NCBI GenBank assembly: GCA_965206645.1
Contig: CBDBKE010000004.1
Span: 1,824,001 to 1,888,000, forward strand
Origin: Terriglobia bacterium
GTDB lineage: Bacteria; Acidobacteriota; Terriglobia; JAJPHL01; JAPKYU01
Direction: 5' to 3'
Length of the DNA stretch: 64,000 nucleotides
The position numbers were made by a program, and so were the translations under genes. The first letter of the stretch is position 1. Every line of letters starts with the position of its first letter. Of the stretch, positions 61,755 through 64,000 are shown in pieces. The notes beneath the pieces were generated by a model, which was not told where the DNA came from, did not search any database, and was given only the letters and a program-made list of their open reading frames with translations.

Positions 61755-63212
61755 TCAGTACTTGGGGACGCGCGGGTCTACCTGGTCGCTCCAGGCCAGG
61801 ATTCCGCCCTTCATGTTCTTCACCTTGCGGAAACCCGCCTTACGCAGGAAGTCCACCGCCTGTGCGCTGCGCATGCCGCTGCGGCAGTGGGCGACAATCT
61901 CGTCGGCCGAGTTCAGTTCGTGCACCCGCGCCGGCAGCTCACCCAGCGGGATCAGGTGACCGTTGATGTTGCAGATCTGGTATTCGTGCGGCTCGCGCAC
62001 GTCCAGGATAAACAGCCCCTCTCCCCCGTCCAGCTTCTTCTTGACCTCCAAGGGAGTGGTTTCGGGCACGGCCACTTCGGGCGCTTGTTCTTCACCACGG
62101 ATGCCACAGAACTCCTGGTAGTCAATCAGCTCGCGGATGGTGGGGTGAGCGCCGCACGCCGGGCAATCGGGATTCTTGCGCAGCTTCAGCTCGCGGAAGC
62201 GCATCGCCAGCGCGTCCACCAGCAGCAGGCGCCCCACCAGCGGCTGGCCCTTGCCCAGAATCAGCTTGACGGCTTCGGTGGCCTGAATCACCCCCAGCAG
62301 GCCGGGCAGAATGCCCAGCACACCGCCTTCGGCGCAGCTCGGCACCAGGCCGGGGGGAGGCGGCTCGGGATAGAGGCAGCGGTAGCAGGGTCCTTCCTTT
62401 AGGCCAAAGACCGAAGCCTGGCCTTCGAAGCGGAAGATGCTGGCGTAGACGTTCGGCTTGCCCAGCAGCACGCAGGCATCGTTGACCAGGTAGCGCGTGG
62501 GGAAGTTATCGGTGCCGTCGGCGATGATGTCGAAATCCTTGAATATGTCCAGGGCATTCTCCCTGGACAGGCGCGTTTCGTAGGGGACCACTTCGACGCT
62601 GGGATTCAGTTCGCGCAAGCGGTCGCGGGCCGAATCCAGCTTCGGGCGGCCCACGTCGCCGGTGCCGTGGATGACCTGGCGCTGGAGGTTGGTGAAGTCC
62701 ACCACATCGAAGTCCACCATGCCCAACGTGCCCACTCCGGCGGCGGCCAGGTAGAGGGCCAGCGGCGAGCCGAGTCCGCCGGCGCCGATGCACAACACCC
62801 GCGCCTGTTTCAGCTTGAGCTGCCCCTCCATGGCAACCTCGGGCATGATCAAGTGGCGGCTGTAGCGAAGGATCTCTTCATTGCTCAGCTTCACCCCGGC
62901 AGCCGCCGCGGCCGGGGACTTTCCGACCTGGACGGACAAACCTCCGGCAATCGAAGGAACGATGCTGATCACGTCCGACTCCTTGACACCGGTGCTTTCC
63001 TTGCTGAGGTAGCGGATGTCTTCGTCATTCACGTACACGTTGACAAAGCTGCGCAGCCGGCCGTCGTCGGTGTAGAGGTGCTTGCGCAGGTCGGTGTACT
63101 GGGTCGTCAGGTTCCCCAGCACTTCGCTGACGGTATGGCCTGCGACTTCCACAGTCTCTTGCCGCTCGGTGTATTGGCGCAGCGGCGTGGGAATCAGGAC
63201 TTTAGCTGGCAT
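61755..63212 (-). CDS. moeB: Fusion of a MoaD/CysO-like sulfur carrier, a MoeB/E1 adenylyltransferase and a rhodanese domain
   Basis: IPTPLR...FVNVYVNDEDIR...SIAGG, a linker, then RYSRH, GAGGLG, NLQRQ, CYRC/CPAC, LDVREP.E and HCRSGMRS. Start placed at MPAKVL. Confidence 0.9.
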   Translation of the reverse strand: MPAKVLIPTPLRQYTERQETVEVAGHTVSEVLGNLTTQYTDLRKHLYTDDGRLRSFVNVYVNDEDIRYLSKESTGVKESDVISIVPSIAGGLSVQVGKSPAAAAAGVKLSNEEILRYSRHLIMPEVAMEGQLKLKQARVLCIGAGGLGSPLALYLAAAGVGTLGMVDFDVVDFTNLQRQVIHGTGDVGRPKLDSARDRLRELNPSVEVVPYETRLSRENALDIFKDFDIIADGTDNFPTRYLVNDACVLLGKPNVYASIFRFEGQASVFGLKEGPCYRCLYPEPPPPGLVPSCAEGGVLGILPGLLGVIQATEAVKLILGKGQPLVGRLLLVDALAMRFRELKLRKNPDCPACGAHPTIRELIDYQEFCGIRGEEQAPEVAVPETTPLEVKKKLDGGEGLFILDVREPHEYQICNINGHLIPLGELPARVHELNSADEIVAHCRSGMRSAQAVDFLRKAGFRKVKNMKGGILAWSDQVDPRVPKY

Positions 63213-63660
63213 GGTTTTCCACTTCCTCCAGAGTGCGAAACGCGGTCTCCATTGTCTCACGGTTGAATTGGGAGCGGTCTTCGGCCAGCTCCCAACTGGC
63301 GACCTCGCCCGGGGTCCCCTGCTGGACCGAAACGATGATGTAGGAGAACCAGGGCCAGGCGTGTTCCTGGTCGTATTGGCTGGGCCGGGCCGGGTGATCC
63401 GGGTGCGAGTGATAGAAGCCCAGAATGTCCAGCTTCTGCTCGCGGGCGTAGCGCTCGCTGGCACGGAAGTCCGAGGGCGAGATCAGAAAACGATTGTGCG
63501 GGGAATCGTGCCGCACGTTCTCCACCGCCCGGACCTCCACCACCAGCTTCCACCCGTTCACTTCCCTGCCCAACAGCATGCCGCAGCACTCGTGCGGGTA
63601 GGCGCGGCGAGCGTGCTCGTTCACTCTGGTTAGCTCGGGGGGCAGGATTGCCAGGCTCAT
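63202..63660 (-). CDS. JAMM/MPN+ (M67) metallopeptidase, Mec-like
   Basis: YPHECCG and YHSHPDHPARPS.YD motifs. Confidence 0.92.
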   Translation of the reverse strand: MSLAILPPELTRVNEHARRAYPHECCGMLLGREVNGWKLVVEVRAVENVRHDSPHNRFLISPSDFRASERYAREQKLDILGFYHSHPDHPARPSQYDQEHAWPWFSYIIVSVQQGTPGEVASWELAEDRSQFNRETMETAFRTLEEVENHAS

Positions 63661-63670
63661 CCCTCAGCGC

Positions 63671-64000
63671 TCACTTTCCAGAACTGGCACTTCCCAGAAT
63701 TGGTTCTTCCCAGAATTGCTGGCTCAGGTACTTGTCGGCGCCGTCGGGGAAGATGGTGACCAGCACCCCCTGCTGCCCAGCCTGCTGCATCTCGCGCGCC
63801 ACGCGCAAGCAGCCCGCCAGCGCCGCGCCGCTCGAGGGGCCCACCAAAAGGCCTTCCTCGCGCGCCAGGCGCCGCACCATGTGGTAGGACTCCTCGGTTC
63901 CCACCGCAAGGTCCAGGTCGGCCAGGGCCGGGTCGTAGATGCCCGGCACGATCGCCGACTCCATGTGCTTCAACCCTTCCAGCCCGTGGAAGCCGGAATC
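63671..64000 (-). CDS. cysM: Cysteine synthase (CysM-like), C-terminal part; gene starts beyond the window
   Basis: GLKHM, VPGIYD, LAREEGLLVGPSSGA and FPDGADKYLS motifs. Confidence 0.85.
   Translation of the reverse strand, partial: DSGFHGLEGLKHMESAIVPGIYDPALADLDLAVGTEESYHMVRRLAREEGLLVGPSSGAALAGCLRVAREMQQAGQQGVLVTIFPDGADKYLSQQFWEEPILGSASSGK

Noticed and set aside
63213-63464. N-terminal extension of the MoeB fusion ORF
   Set aside because: It is an alternative frame of the JAMM gene; the Ubl domain starts at 63212.
61755-63660. Ubl/E1/JAB genes as an antiphage system (Bil or CBASS-like)
   Set aside because: There is no E2 or CD-NTase, and the adjacent CysM and rhodanese domain point to sulfur transfer.

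Overview
GC-rich bacterial chromosomal window, most likely from an Acidobacterium: it carries an acidobacterial VWA protein, a TIGR03437-like secreted domain and several small conserved hypotheticals. About 55 genes are recognisable, mostly housekeeping (miaB, cstA, lpxD, lpxA, uvrC, nuoB, pckA, AlaX, a FecA-like receptor, and a cysM-mec-Ubl/E1/rhodanese sulfur-relay operon). There is also a c-di-GMP signalling region, two IS3-family elements and an IS30 remnant. I saw no rRNA, tRNA or CRISPR array. Best leads: (1) a radical SAM enzyme that follows the archaeal GDGT ring synthase (Grs) motif order, within 15 kb of a B12/DUF4070 radical SAM and a desaturase, suggesting membrane-spanning lipid (brGDGT) tailoring; (2) a ubiquitin-like carrier fused through an internal Gly-Gly to its own E1-rhodanese, next to a JAMM protease; (3) a beta-propeller gene coupled to a MoaD-like gene; (4) paralogous REC-PilZ proteins with and without GGDEF; (5) about nine damaged genes and many short tandem duplications. 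All family assignments come from motif recognition by eye; no searches were run.
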